25,394 nt of DNA. Source: a virus (Duplodnaviria > Caudoviricetes). Below, piece by piece: positions 1 through 9,212 of this stretch (positions within the stretch are counted from its first letter, which is position 1; each line of letters opens with the position of its first letter). A program made the translations under genes and the position numbers. The notes under the pieces were generated by a model. That model saw only the letters and a program-made list of their open reading frames with translations, was not told the origin of the DNA and did not search any database. The stretch spans positions 1-25,394 of the IMG/VR virus record IMGVR_UViG_3300004088_000013. The stretch is one strand, 5' to 3'.

Positions 1-2158
1 CAAAAGTTGACCAGTAATTCGCAGCATTGAATTGCGCGGGAAGCGAACCCGCCAATGCAAGTCTAGTGGCAGCGAGTCTCGCGGCTTCCTCGGCGGTAGC
101 ACCGAGCGTGGCTATGGACACCCATGCCGAGCCGGACCAGCGGTATGTTATATCGTCATCAGTATCGGTCCACAAGTCCCCCACACTTTCAGCGATAGGA
201 GCCGTTGCCTGATAAAAGCTGACAATCTTTCCGTCAGCGGTCGCCTGTGCTGTAGAAGCCGCAGTGATAGCAGCCCCGATACCCGCGTCCTGCACCGCTG
301 TCCATGCTGAACCGGACCAACGATAGAGTTTGTTGCCGTCGTCTATGTCTATCCACAGATCGCCCACCGCTTCTGCAATGGGAGCGGTGATCTGGAAAAA
401 GGTCGTTACCTTGCCATCGGCTGTACCTTGGGCAATGGCCGCGTTTGCAATGGCCGTCGAAGCGGCGGCTTGTGCAGCGTTAAGTTCGGCGCGCGCAACC
501 GAGTCCAAACCCGCGAGATCAGCGGGCGCGCCTGCCACCTGCCCCCAATTGGCTGTCTCACCCGCGATCCGTGCCAGCAGGATCGGGCCGGTATTGAGCG
601 GGTCGAATCCCACTGGTGTCGCAATCTGGACTGCCGCACTATCCTCAGAAGCCCATGCGTAGATTGCTGCGTTTTCTTCCTGCAAGACCAGCGCAATGCG
701 GCCCGACCGACTCGGCTTCTGACTGATAACGCGGAACGGCTTCTGAACCCATCCGAGCGGGGAATACGTCTGATAGACAATCGAGCCGATCTTCGCAGCC
801 ATACCCTTGAGATTATAGTCAGCGGAGAATAAGCCAGGGTATTGCATCCGCTGGAGCGTTTGCTTGGCCAATCGCTGTGCCCGCGCACTGTCTTCGACAA
901 CCGCAAAGTCGATGGTTTCGGTTCGCTCAATCCCGTCTTCGCTCGCAAGCACAACCGATGGGTAGGGAACCATCTGATAAAGCGAATTGTTGGATGGATC
1001 AGTGAATGAACCGGAAATGATATTCGGTAGATTGGTCTGACCGCCCATCGCATCCCAAGATGTCGTGGACAGAATATCGTGGTCGTCAAACTCCACCACC
1101 GGAGTTGCCAATGTGTTCGTCTTAATTAGGAATGACAATTTCCCTTCGCTATCGAACATGTCACCGGCACAGCCAGCAAGCAACCCGGCAACAATGGCCA
1201 TCGGCGCGTCATTGGTCGAGAACGCACCTGCCGTCCGGTATCGGCTCTGTGTGCCCCCACCAGCCAGTGCGACGTTCTCGTCGCAGATATTCGCTGCCGT
1301 GATGACGCTTTCCATGTCGATATATTTGAGCGGGATACCGCCACCAACGGACAGTTTGCCAGCGATTCGCCAACCCAACAAAGCATTGAGTGCTTGAATA
1401 ATCGGGTTTTCCGTGCTTGCACCCCAAGTGGTCTGATCAGCCACCCGCATCGTGCCGACGCCGCCCGCCGTGCTGTCAAAGCGCGGATCGTATTGCGGCA
1501 TACCTTCACCAATGATGGTGACACGCCCCGGCAGACCGGACGCCAGCGGTGATTGCGTACTCTCGGTATTACCCGTGCGCTTGACCCGCAGGTGAACATA
1601 GGCGCACCCGGTCAAGCGGTCATCCGACCCCCACCGAGCACCACCGTTAATCGCAATGGTGTTGGCTGACGTGCCCTCGAGCCGGGTTGTTACGGTGGTA
1701 AGATAGCCGACATATACACCTTGGACGCCGCCTGTGGAAGTCCATACCAGAGTATCCTCGAACCATATCTGGTCTATTGAGACGACTTTGTGCGCCGCTA
1801 CAGCAAGGATGTAATCAATATATTCTTCGTCCGTACCGCTGCCTTCGTAATACCGAATGTCTGCGGGCATGGCGGTTGTGCCAAGCACCAGTTTACGCGG
1901 TGCCCGCGTGTCGAGGCGAGCAAAAAGACGCCCAAGATGAGTCTCCGATTGTGGAGCCTTCGATTTACCAGCCAAGATACCGCCGAGCAAACTGGCACCA
2001 GCGGCTATGGCTGAGAACGCCGCTGCGGATATGCCCAACCCGAACAGTGAACTACCTGCTGCAATGAACCCCAAGGATGTACCGGCTGTCGCCACCACAG
2101 AAGCAACAGCGGCGACAATGGCTACAACTTTTAATACTTTACCGACAACTTTACCCAT
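1..2158 (-). CDS. Tail tip / host-specificity protein (3' end beyond the window)
   Basis: Missing from the ORF track because it has no stop in the window. ATG at 2158 overlaps the upstream stop (ATGGGTAA). Begins MGKVVGKVLKVVAIVAAVASVVATAG...APRKLVLGTTAMPADIRYYEGSGTDEEYIDYILAVAAHKV; the same frame is still open at the left edge (ALAGSLPAQFNAANYWSTF). Position after distal tail and hub genes fits. Confidence 0.85.
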   Translation of the reverse strand, partial: MGKVVGKVLKVVAIVAAVASVVATAGTSLGFIAAGSSLFGLGISAAAFSAIAAGASLLGGILAGKSKAPQSETHLGRLFARLDTRAPRKLVLGTTAMPADIRYYEGSGTDEEYIDYILAVAAHKVVSIDQIWFEDTLVWTSTGGVQGVYVGYLTTVTTRLEGTSANTIAINGGARWGSDDRLTGCAYVHLRVKRTGNTESTQSPLASGLPGRVTIIGEGMPQYDPRFDSTAGGVGTMRVADQTTWGASTENPIIQALNALLGWRIAGKLSVGGGIPLKYIDMESVITAANICDENVALAGGGTQSRYRTAGAFSTNDAPMAIVAGLLAGCAGDMFDSEGKLSFLIKTNTLATPVVEFDDHDILSTTSWDAMGGQTNLPNIISGSFTDPSNNSLYQMVPYPSVVLASEDGIERTETIDFAVVEDSARAQRLAKQTLQRMQYPGLFSADYNLKGMAAKIGSIVYQTYSPLGWVQKPFRVISQKPSRSGRIALVLQEENAAIYAWASEDSAAVQIATPVGFDPLNTGPILLARIAGETANWGQVAGAPADLAGLDSVARAELNAAQAAASTAIANAAIAQGTADGKVTTFFQITAPIAEAVGDLWIDIDDGNKLYRWSGSAWTAVQDAGIGAAITAASTAQATADGKIVSFYQATAPIAESVGDLWTDTDDDITYRWSGSAWVSIATLGATAEEAARLAATRLALAGSLPAQFNAANYWSTF
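122..421 (-). repeat. Two-copy ~40 aa repeat in the tail-tip protein
   Basis: ADGKVTTFFQITAPIAEAVGDLWIDIDDGNKLYRWSGSAW (421-302) and ADGKIVSFYQATAPIAESVGDLWTDTDDDITYRWSGSAW (238-122), period 183 nt. Confidence 0.85.
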
Positions 2159-2549
2159 CGCGGCCAACTCCCCACACGCCGGTCCATTCGGCGCGAGGGA
2201 TCATTGTCATCCCCTGCTCAAAGTAAAATAATGCTTCACCGCCAAGAACGCAGCCGAGGCAATTATCCTGTGTCATCGCGATATCGCCGCGTTGAGCCAA
2301 CGCAGGGTGGATGCGCGGGAACATCTCATCGAGGCGCTCGCTCATCGACTTTTTCGCCAACAGTTTAAGTGCGCCGCGTTTGCTGCGATATTGCCCGCGC
2401 AATTCGTGCAACGGGTCTTCGCCGGTCTGTGCAATAACACATGCTGCTGCCCAACGGCCGCAGTCACGATCCCAACGGAAAGGACGAACGCGCCATTCCG
2501 CAATCGTCTCGGAAAGGCGATTTTCCCAATCTGGTAACACCCGCGTCAT
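2151..2549 (-). CDS. Small tail assembly protein, NlpC/P60-related (DUF6950-like)
   Basis: 132 aa; PFRWDRDCGRWAAACVIAQTGED and AQRGDIA motifs; ATGA coupling to the hub gene; position between hub and tip. Confidence 0.7.
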   Translation of the reverse strand: MTRVLPDWENRLSETIAEWRVRPFRWDRDCGRWAAACVIAQTGEDPLHELRGQYRSKRGALKLLAKKSMSERLDEMFPRIHPALAQRGDIAMTQDNCLGCVLGGEALFYFEQGMTMIPRAEWTGVWGVGRDG

Positions 2550-3223
2550 TTCAAGACCTGTCTTTCGGTGAATCTACCCCCGCCACCGCCACCGCCACCG
2601 CCACCGCCCCCATTTACGCCCGCCTTCTGCATTCCGTTGGCGGCAGCAAGGGTCTGTTCGGCACTCTTGTCACCAATATCAAATTCGCTCTGGTGCAGAT
2701 AGGTCAAGCCGGAACCCTGACTGAGTGCCGCCTGATAGTTCTCGATATTGGCAACAATGGTCTGTTCCTCGTCGCCGGTTTCCACCGTCAAACCGACCAG
2801 ATACCCGCTGTAATAGGGTTGGATCGGCAGTGGGGTGAAGGTAATCGGATAACCGCCCTCACCATACGTCAGGGGTTCCAGTAGCCGGAACCACAACCGC
2901 GCCTCGCGCTTGCGCCATTTTGTTTTTTGACCGACGACATTAAGCAAACTGCTCGCGTCGAGCGGCAAACCCGAAAGGCTCGCAGTGACAGTCTGTGAAC
3001 CACCTTCGCTGTGCTGCACATCACTGACATCGACTAAATCGCTCGGGATTGCATTAAACGTCAACCCGTCCAGGTCAGGGTCGCCGGTCTCGCTGGCACC
3101 GAACACAATGTTCTGAACACCTGTTACAGAGCGTAGCGGATCGCCCTCAATATCCAACCATGCGAACCACTGCACATAGACAACTTCCTGCCCAAGTGCG
3201 GCGATGACTGCGGGGTCCATCAT
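2546..3223 (-). CDS. Minor tail / baseplate hub-like protein
   Basis: 225 aa using the ATG at 3223 (TGATG overlap with the upstream stop); synteny after distal tail; Gly-rich C-terminus. Confidence 0.6.
   Translation of the reverse strand: MMDPAVIAALGQEVVYVQWFAWLDIEGDPLRSVTGVQNIVFGASETGDPDLDGLTFNAIPSDLVDVSDVQHSEGGSQTVTASLSGLPLDASSLLNVVGQKTKWRKREARLWFRLLEPLTYGEGGYPITFTPLPIQPYYSGYLVGLTVETGDEEQTIVANIENYQAALSQGSGLTYLHQSEFDIGDKSAEQTLAAANGMQKAGVNGGGGGGGGGGGGRFTERQVLK
2575..2611. repeat. (CCGCCA)n tract encoding a poly-Gly run
   Basis: ccccgccaccgccaccgccaccgccaccgccccc; translates to about 12 Gly at the end of the hub protein. Confidence 0.8.
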
Positions 3224-3813
3224 CAATAAGCCTCCATCGCGGAAAAGCTGAAACCATCCTGCAATTGCGCAACATTTAACGTGAGCGCGGGAGAACCTTG
3301 GGGGAAATATGACGGTAGATAAGGTCGCTTGGTTTCGAGTGCGGTGTTATCCGCCACCACACCGCGTAAAGGTGAGTGAAACTGCAACGTCGCAACACCT
3401 GAAATGTTGGTGTTCACGTCAGCGTCCAGAACCATCAATTGCGTACCGACTGTCACATAATCACCGGCCAAGAGTACCAGCGAAGACACCGGCCACCCAT
3501 CGGTCACAAGGGAATAACCGGAACCGGCCCCTTGCGCTCGGGCAGTGAAGGTTGCGTCATGCTGATCGGAAGGAAGTATCGGAATGTTGAAACTGTTGAC
3601 CCGCCCGCGAACGCGACCGAGAAACAAGCGCCACTCGCGCGCATGTGCCTGTGTCATCATCGATATGCTAACGTCAGCCGCCCACCACGAATAACCGACA
3701 TCGACCGCTTGCCGTGCGTTCGACAGGTTGGATGTATTGACCAGCGAAGATGTCATGGGTTGCAGGGACACGGATGTATGATGCGGTTTCGCAGGGTATG
3801 GGACGAGAGCCAT
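3223..3813 (-). CDS. Distal tail protein-like
   Basis: 196 aa immediately after the tape measure gene (TAATG overlap); WWAADVSI...AREWRLFLGRVRGRVNSF pattern fits Dit-type proteins. Confidence 0.65.
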   Translation of the reverse strand: MALVPYPAKPHHTSVSLQPMTSSLVNTSNLSNARQAVDVGYSWWAADVSISMMTQAHAREWRLFLGRVRGRVNSFNIPILPSDQHDATFTARAQGAGSGYSLVTDGWPVSSLVLLAGDYVTVGTQLMVLDADVNTNISGVATLQFHSPLRGVVADNTALETKRPYLPSYFPQGSPALTLNVAQLQDGFSFSAMEAY

Positions 3814-6683
3814 TAACCTACCCCTCCACCTGGTGTGATCGGCCGTGCTGCATCACGGCGTGTCTTCGCTGATGCTGCGTTCAGCATGGACGGGGCAGCG
3901 GCCTGTACGACCCGTACAGAACCCTGCACAATGCGTGCATCCAACATCTCATCGCGCAGTCTGAGTTCGACGACCGCCGGTTGGGGCTGGTTGCTGCTCC
4001 CAGGGTTGCGATACAATTCGACACCAAGTGATCCGTTCGGCCCGCGCTTGAGTGGCATGACCGCTTCTGGTCCCGCTTCACCCATCTCACCGATCGCGCC
4101 GCCACCTGCGAATTTGAACAATGTCGGCTTGGTGTAGATACCGTTGGTGAACGCACCACCTTGAGCGAACCGTTCGATACCGTTCAAGCTGAATGCGTTG
4201 CCTTGTGCGTTTTTGAAGATCGAGCCGAGCGCGCCAGTAACCCCGCCATCCGTGCTGCCGGTACTGCTGCTGGCACCACCTATTGCTCCTGCGAAACCGA
4301 GCAGTTTCCCAAAGAAACCGCCACCGCCCCCGCCGCCACTGAACAAATTATCGAGACCAGAATTGAGCAGTCGATCGAATATCTTATCCAACACGCGATT
4401 TATCGCATTACCAAATGCTTTCCACACTGTTTCACCTTCACGCAACCCGGTTATCATATCGCGAAAGAACCCTTTGGATGTATCGCGATTGAACTCGATT
4501 TCTTCTCGTTGTCTGCGGATTTCTTCGGTGGTCGCCGCATACTCAATCGCCTGTTGGCGGATGAGTGCCAAATCCTTCGACCCGAGAGGGATACCATTCT
4601 GTTTTGCCGACAGCAGCATATCCGTTTCTATCCGATATGCGTGCAGAGCCGCACCGGTCAGACCGAGTTCACCGCGCTCACGCTGTAGCGCAAACACGTC
4701 TTCCTCGTGCGCCTTGGTCATGTCTGTGATAAATTCGGCGGTCTTGTTGGCCTGAACATCCCGCGCAAGAAGCTTGGCCCTCTCATCGATCAGGGCAAGA
4801 TGGACGCGCATCTCATCGTTCATGTTGGCGAGATCGATTCTACCTTTGCTCACTGCCTCATTGACCAACTGCTGACGGATCGTAGTGTATTCAAGTTCCA
4901 AACCGGTCAGACCGATCAACTCAGCATGATCCTTCAACACCCGCTGCTGATCCTCGAATGCTTTGGTCGCTTCGGCTGTCACCTTGGCGATTTCGGCGTC
5001 AGTGAGAGCCTGCGCCAATTCATTGAGTTTGCCGCGCACCTTGTCAGTCAACGGGATGTTCTTTTCGAGTGCCTGCGCGATCAAATCCTGCTGATTGCGG
5101 TAAAGTATCGCGGCGTTCTCGGACATGCCAAGTGCGGTTGTTTCCGTCTTGAGAGCGGTAATACGCTTTTCAGTCGCAGCGATCAGGTCTTGGTACGCTT
5201 TGGCGATCTTTTCGAGTTCAGATGCGCCGCTTTTGGTGCCAGCCTTTTTCTTCGCGTCGTCAGGATTGAGACCGATCATCTCGGCAAACTCGCGCAACTT
5301 GCCCGCAGCCCATGACCCGAGACCTTGAACCCCTTCGATCATGCCCTGTACGTAATCGACACCCTGCGCTTTACCCATCTCGGCGTCGACAATCCCGTCG
5401 ATTGCATCGGCTGTTCCGGCTAGTGGGTTTGCGATGTTACCGAACGATACATCGCCTATCTGCAAACCTTCACCGATACCGAACGGCAAATTAGCGACCA
5501 TCCCGTTAATGAGCGAGATCGTCCCGTTCACCATACCTTCAACAATCTTGAGAACCCGATTGGCTGCTTGGATGACGTAATCACCTATCGCAGCGGGCAA
5601 CATCTTCCACGTCGCTTTGACCGAGTTAAATGCACCGACCAATGCACCGATGATAAAATTAGCTGCATTTTTCACCCAATCAATCGCATCGGTGAATACA
5701 CCACCGAACGTATCGTTGAGTAAAACCATTGCGCCAATCACAAGACCGATTGCAAGGACGATGAACCCGAACGGGTTGGCAACCGCAAAAGCAATCATCC
5801 CGAGTGTCGCGGCTTTAATCGCCGTGAGAAATCCACCGATGAGCATCGCAGTTGTGGTGCCGATCCATGTGATAATTTGTGGTGCAAACGCAATCGCAAG
5901 CACCACACCGAGATACGCAGCCGCAACCGATACAGTATCCATCGCATCGGCCAAACCGTACATCAACGTCTTCGCTATGCCCATCCAGTCGATTGCCTGC
6001 AAACCCGCAGCGATGAAACCGACCAAACTGATCGTGACGATGCTGGTGACGCTGAACAACTGCTTGAAACCAAGAACCACGTTACCCAATCCACCAGCCA
6101 TAGCGGACGACAACTGCGTGCCCTGTTGGAGTGCGATCAGTAGCGGTGACATACCGCCCGCTGCGGTCACACCGATATCCTGAAACTGTGCCGCGATATT
6201 ACCCGGTGTGGACTGGAGACGGTTGATATTGTCGTTGGCTGCGGCACCGAGCCGATTAAGGCTACCGGCGGCGTTGTTTGCCGCTGGTGCGACACTAATC
6301 AGGGACGCCTTGTATGCTTCGACATGAGCGTCGGCATTAGCAAATGTCATGCCAACCCGCGCCGTGGTATGCACCAGGTTCCCGAGTGTGGCGTTAGCAC
6401 CGATCGCGGCGCGCTGCACGGTGGTCATTGCACTGCTCGACGACAGAGCGGCCTTGGACAGCCTATCAGTGCCTGCCGCTGCACCCATCGCAGCGGCCGA
6501 GAACGACTTGATACCGGCGCTCGCACCACTTGTGCCAGCAGTGACACCCGAAGCGGCCCGATTGAAGTTCTCAGCGGCCTTCTCGGCCCTCTGTGCGGAT
6601 GGAACCAGTGCGTCGAGCGCAACCTTGGCATTCTTGAGGTCGCCGGTCGGGGCGCTGAACCCGATGGAAGCAATATTGGCCAT
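3813..6683 (-). CDS. Tail tape measure protein
   Basis: 956 aa, Ala-rich and helical; N-terminal NIAAQFQDIGVTAAGGMSPLLIALQQGTQL and C-terminal FAQGGAF...GEMGEAGPEAVMPLKRG motifs of lambda-type tape measures; follows the tail chaperones. Confidence 0.95.
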   Translation of the reverse strand: MANIASIGFSAPTGDLKNAKVALDALVPSAQRAEKAAENFNRAASGVTAGTSGASAGIKSFSAAAMGAAAGTDRLSKAALSSSSAMTTVQRAAIGANATLGNLVHTTARVGMTFANADAHVEAYKASLISVAPAANNAAGSLNRLGAAANDNINRLQSTPGNIAAQFQDIGVTAAGGMSPLLIALQQGTQLSSAMAGGLGNVVLGFKQLFSVTSIVTISLVGFIAAGLQAIDWMGIAKTLMYGLADAMDTVSVAAAYLGVVLAIAFAPQIITWIGTTTAMLIGGFLTAIKAATLGMIAFAVANPFGFIVLAIGLVIGAMVLLNDTFGGVFTDAIDWVKNAANFIIGALVGAFNSVKATWKMLPAAIGDYVIQAANRVLKIVEGMVNGTISLINGMVANLPFGIGEGLQIGDVSFGNIANPLAGTADAIDGIVDAEMGKAQGVDYVQGMIEGVQGLGSWAAGKLREFAEMIGLNPDDAKKKAGTKSGASELEKIAKAYQDLIAATEKRITALKTETTALGMSENAAILYRNQQDLIAQALEKNIPLTDKVRGKLNELAQALTDAEIAKVTAEATKAFEDQQRVLKDHAELIGLTGLELEYTTIRQQLVNEAVSKGRIDLANMNDEMRVHLALIDERAKLLARDVQANKTAEFITDMTKAHEEDVFALQRERGELGLTGAALHAYRIETDMLLSAKQNGIPLGSKDLALIRQQAIEYAATTEEIRRQREEIEFNRDTSKGFFRDMITGLREGETVWKAFGNAINRVLDKIFDRLLNSGLDNLFSGGGGGGGFFGKLLGFAGAIGGASSSTGSTDGGVTGALGSIFKNAQGNAFSLNGIERFAQGGAFTNGIYTKPTLFKFAGGGAIGEMGEAGPEAVMPLKRGPNGSLGVELYRNPGSSNQPQPAVVELRLRDEMLDARIVQGSVRVVQAAAPSMLNAASAKTRRDAARPITPGGGVG

Positions 6684-6685
6684 CT

Positions 6686-7108
6686 CTATCGCTTCCCCTG
6701 TCTAGCTTTCCGGTCGGCTTCGTCCGCTTCTGCGGCACGTTTCGCATCTAACTCTTTATTCACTTCGTCACAAAACGCAACGTCCATCGCCGCGAGAATA
6801 TCATATTCCCACGGATACACAATGTTTGCGGTGATCTGCTGCCAAGCAACCCATTCGGTCGGGGGAATAGGGTTGCAGACACCTTCGACAATCCGCCTGA
6901 CACGCCGCCCCGCGTCGAAATACCATTCCCACAGGTATTCGCCTGTTTGGGGTATGTCGAGCGACGGGACGGGTTGGTTTTCAGGGTAATACTCGCGCCG
7001 GGTCAGTTTCCGCCTCTCACCGTCTATCTCGCCGTCACGAACTGGTGTGTCGTAGCGAATATAGACCGCGACTGCTTCGACTAACTCCGATTCGAGTTGC
7101 CGAAAAAA
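6686..7108 (-). CDS. Tail assembly chaperone, frameshift extension (gpGT-like part)
   Basis: Open -1 frame from the slippery site to TAG at 6688-6686: RQLESELVEAVAVYIRYDTP...GEYLWEWYFDAG...PIPPTEWVAWQQIT...WEYDILAAMDVAF. No early ATG, so it is absent from the ORF track. Predicted fusion about 276 aa. Confidence 0.85.
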   Translation of the reverse strand, partial: FFRQLESELVEAVAVYIRYDTPVRDGEIDGERRKLTRREYYPENQPVPSLDIPQTGEYLWEWYFDAGRRVRRIVEGVCNPIPPTEWVAWQQITANIVYPWEYDILAAMDVAFCDEVNKELDAKRAAEADEADRKARQGKR

Positions 7109-7515
7109 GCCTTGGTGTCTCCGATACCCTCCTGGACCTGCTCGGAAAACCAGTAGAGTTCACTTGCCACAGCCATGAAATTCTTCTGGTTGTAATCCGG
7201 GACTTCACCGTTGAAATCAGGCATGGCGTCGGAGTCATAACCCTTGTCACCCTCAGTGCCGGTCGGGTTGTACCATTCCCATCCGGTTGTGCCGGTGAAC
7301 ATCAGCATGTTCTGGTTGCGTTCGAGTTCTTCGGCTTTGAACGCCTTGTTCTTCGCCTGCATCTTGAGACTATTGTCGGTAATCTGGCGACGAATCGCTT
7401 TCATCCGATCATCCTCGATCGACAACAGCGACACACGAATGCCAACGGGTGTTTCGGACGCAGGGTGCAGGATTTCAATCGTGCGTTCGGATGGTTTGAT
7501 AGTTGCGAGGTCCAT
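7081..7515 (-). CDS. Tail assembly chaperone (gpG-like)
   Basis: 144 aa from ATG 7515 (MDLATIKPSE) with a GGAG RBS; lies between tail tube and tape measure; ends in a slippery sequence. Confidence 0.85.
   Translation of the reverse strand: MDLATIKPSERTIEILHPASETPVGIRVSLLSIEDDRMKAIRRQITDNSLKMQAKNKAFKAEELERNQNMLMFTGTTGWEWYNPTGTEGDKGYDSDAMPDFNGEVPDYNQKNFMAVASELYWFSEQVQEGIGDTKAFFGNSNRS
7102..7108 (-). other. Programmed -1 ribosomal frameshift site T-TTT-TTC
   Basis: AAG GCT TTT TTC GGC in frame 0; XXXYYYZ-type heptamer with an open -1 frame downstream; canonical location. Confidence 0.8.
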
Positions 7516-7525
7516 GTGTAACTCC

Positions 7526-7564
7526 AAAGAAAAAGGGTGCCGACACCAATGCGCCGACACCCTT
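7526..7564 (-). terminator. Rho-independent terminator after the tail tube gene
   Basis: RNA AAGGGUGUCGGCGC-AUUG-GUGUCGGCACCCUU followed by UUUCUUU; G-U pairs work only on the minus strand. Confidence 0.75.
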
Positions 7565-7583
7565 AGACTGTCAAGGTGGTAAG

Positions 7584-8105
7584 TTAAACGCCTGCGGTTG
7601 GATCAACCGTGATCTGCTTCTGCACCAACCCGGTGCCGAAGATTTCCAGATCAAAGTCTTCGTTCCGACCGTTCGGCTGACGCGGACCGGTGATGAGTGC
7701 GCGGTTGTAACGGATGGTGTTCTTGCCGGTGGCATTCAACTTATCCGTGCCTTCAATCTTGAGCGCGTGGATAAATTTGGTGGCGGCGGCATTACGAAGA
7801 ATGACCTGACCAGCATCGTCATGATCGCGAGCCACTTCAATGTCCGGTGAACCAGCATCCGTCAGACCCTTGGCCTTCTGGACAACAGCGTCGCCCCATG
7901 TTTCGTAATTCAGGATGTTGGTGTTGGAACCGGTCTCACCGATCGAACCGACACCGCCGACTTCAACCCAAATCAGAGCGGCATACTGTGCCTCAGTAAG
8001 GTCGGTAGGTGAGGGGGTGGCGCAGACATAAAGTTTGCTACCAGCGTTGGTGTTGAAGTAACCCGCAGCGACGAGCGCGGTGGTCAGTGCGAAAATCTGT
8101 TTCAT
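7584..8105 (-). CDS. Major tail tube protein with N-terminal GY leader
   Basis: 173 aa; WVEVGGVGSIGETGSNTNILNYETW...KAKGLTDAG and DDAGQVILR motifs; RBS AAGGGG; upstream of the chaperones. Confidence 0.85.
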   Translation of the reverse strand: MKQIFALTTALVAAGYFNTNAGSKLYVCATPSPTDLTEAQYAALIWVEVGGVGSIGETGSNTNILNYETWGDAVVQKAKGLTDAGSPDIEVARDHDDAGQVILRNAAATKFIHALKIEGTDKLNATGKNTIRYNRALITGPRQPNGRNEDFDLEIFGTGLVQKQITVDPTAGV

Positions 8106-8122
8106 GGCTCAAGCCCCTTTAC

Positions 8123-8151
8123 GGTGTTAATACACAGGGTGTGATAGCAAA
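8123..8151 (-). promoter_or_regulatory. Putative promoter of the tail tube gene (ATCACAC family)
   Basis: TTTGCTATCACACCCTGTGTATTAACACC resembles the elements upstream of the capsid and scaffold genes. Confidence 0.5.
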
Positions 8152-8191
8152 AACCCTTGACCGTGCCAAGCGTATATGTTCTCTAATAAAA

Positions 8192-8782
8192 ATGTTTAAT
8201 TCTCATAAAATAATCATGTGTAGCAGATGCCGGATAGAAAAACCGGAAGCCGAATACTCAAAGTCTCGCGCAGGAAAGGATGGCGTGCAAGCGTATTGTC
8301 GTCAGTGCCAACGTGAAAAATACAGAATGCGCATCGATTCATTGTCACCCGAAGAAGACAAAATCCGTCGAAAAAAAGCCAACACAGCAGCCAAGCGTTG
8401 GTATCACAAGAACAAAAAACTAAAACGTACACCATCCGGCCCAAAACCGGGGGATTTTATAGTTTCACGACACATTGCAATGAATCTTTTGTACTCAGTT
8501 AAACGACGGTGTGCCAAACATTCTAGAACTTGCAACCTGACAATTGAATGGATTGAAGAAAAAATAAAAAAAGGTCACTGCGAACGATCAGGCATTGCAT
8601 TTGACCTCTCAATATCGAGAAGTCACCTGCCGTTCGCCCCATCACTCGACCGCATCGACAATAAAGGTGGTTACACCATGTCGAATGTACAATTGGTTTG
8701 CAGCATGTACAACCTCGGGAAAAATCGACACGCGGACGATGATTTCATATGGTTCTGTAAACAAGTAGCGAAATTCAACTGA
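8192..8782 (+). CDS. HNH-like endonuclease with N-terminal zinc finger
   Basis: CSRC...CRQC zinc finger, basic linker and PSLDRIDNKGGYTMSNVQLVC...N motif; A-rich relative to flanks; opposite strand. ATG 8192 preferred (8216 is an alternative). Confidence 0.8.
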   Translation: MFNSHKIIMCSRCRIEKPEAEYSKSRAGKDGVQAYCRQCQREKYRMRIDSLSPEEDKIRRKKANTAAKRWYHKNKKLKRTPSGPKPGDFIVSRHIAMNLLYSVKRRCAKHSRTCNLTIEWIEEKIKKGHCERSGIAFDLSISRSHLPFAPSLDRIDNKGGYTMSNVQLVCSMYNLGKNRHADDDFIWFCKQVAKFN

Positions 8783-9212
8783 CCCCTTTACGATACGAAG
8801 TGTAGTAGATAGAAACAGGGAACATCACATCATCTTTGTCATCCACCGATCCAGTGAATTGTGGGTTAGCATACACCTGCGTTCCTGACAAGATCATACC
8901 CTTCATGAAATAGCGTGTGATGGACGCCAGCAAATCGAGTGGTGTGTACACGCCGGTCGGTGCGTTCGGCCAGTGCAGGATCAAGCGTAAAATACCGCGA
9001 TAATTCTGCTCATCACCAAAGTAATCACCTATGCGGTTGTTCGGTATCCAGACGATCTCCAGCCACTTCTGGTCCTGCGGAATGTCAAAACCATCCTCTG
9101 TGCCGTCCACACCTGTCAGATACCGGACGGGTAGCGCGGGTAGATCGGACTGCTGTATTGCTGCGACCACACCGCGTTGCAGCGAACGGACCACATTGAT
9201 TTCATCCTGCAT
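8775..9212 (-). CDS. Tail terminator-like protein (DUF4128-like)
   Basis: 145 aa from MQDEINVV; KWLEIVWIPNN...YRGILRLILHWP...PVSIYY pattern; position before tail tube. Confidence 0.65.
   Translation of the reverse strand: MQDEINVVRSLQRGVVAAIQQSDLPALPVRYLTGVDGTEDGFDIPQDQKWLEIVWIPNNRIGDYFGDEQNYRGILRLILHWPNAPTGVYTPLDLLASITRYFMKGMILSGTQVYANPQFTGSVDDKDDVMFPVSIYYTSYRKGVS

Noticed and set aside
406-1599. Minus-strand ORFs 406-1089 and 1126-1599 from the track
   Set aside because: Alternative frames inside the tail-tip gene; Arg/Ser-rich, unprotein-like composition.
6657-6683. Tape measure N-terminus MANIASIGF as another GY leader
   Set aside because: No basic residue or Leu patch, and it resembles ordinary tape measure N-termini.
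3835-6989. Many plus-strand ORFs over the tape measure and chaperone genes
   Set aside because: Antisense shadows typical of GC-rich coding DNA.
8106-8782. Group I intron carrying the endonuclease
   Set aside because: Both flanking genes are intact, the ORF is antisense, and there is no room for a ribozyme core.
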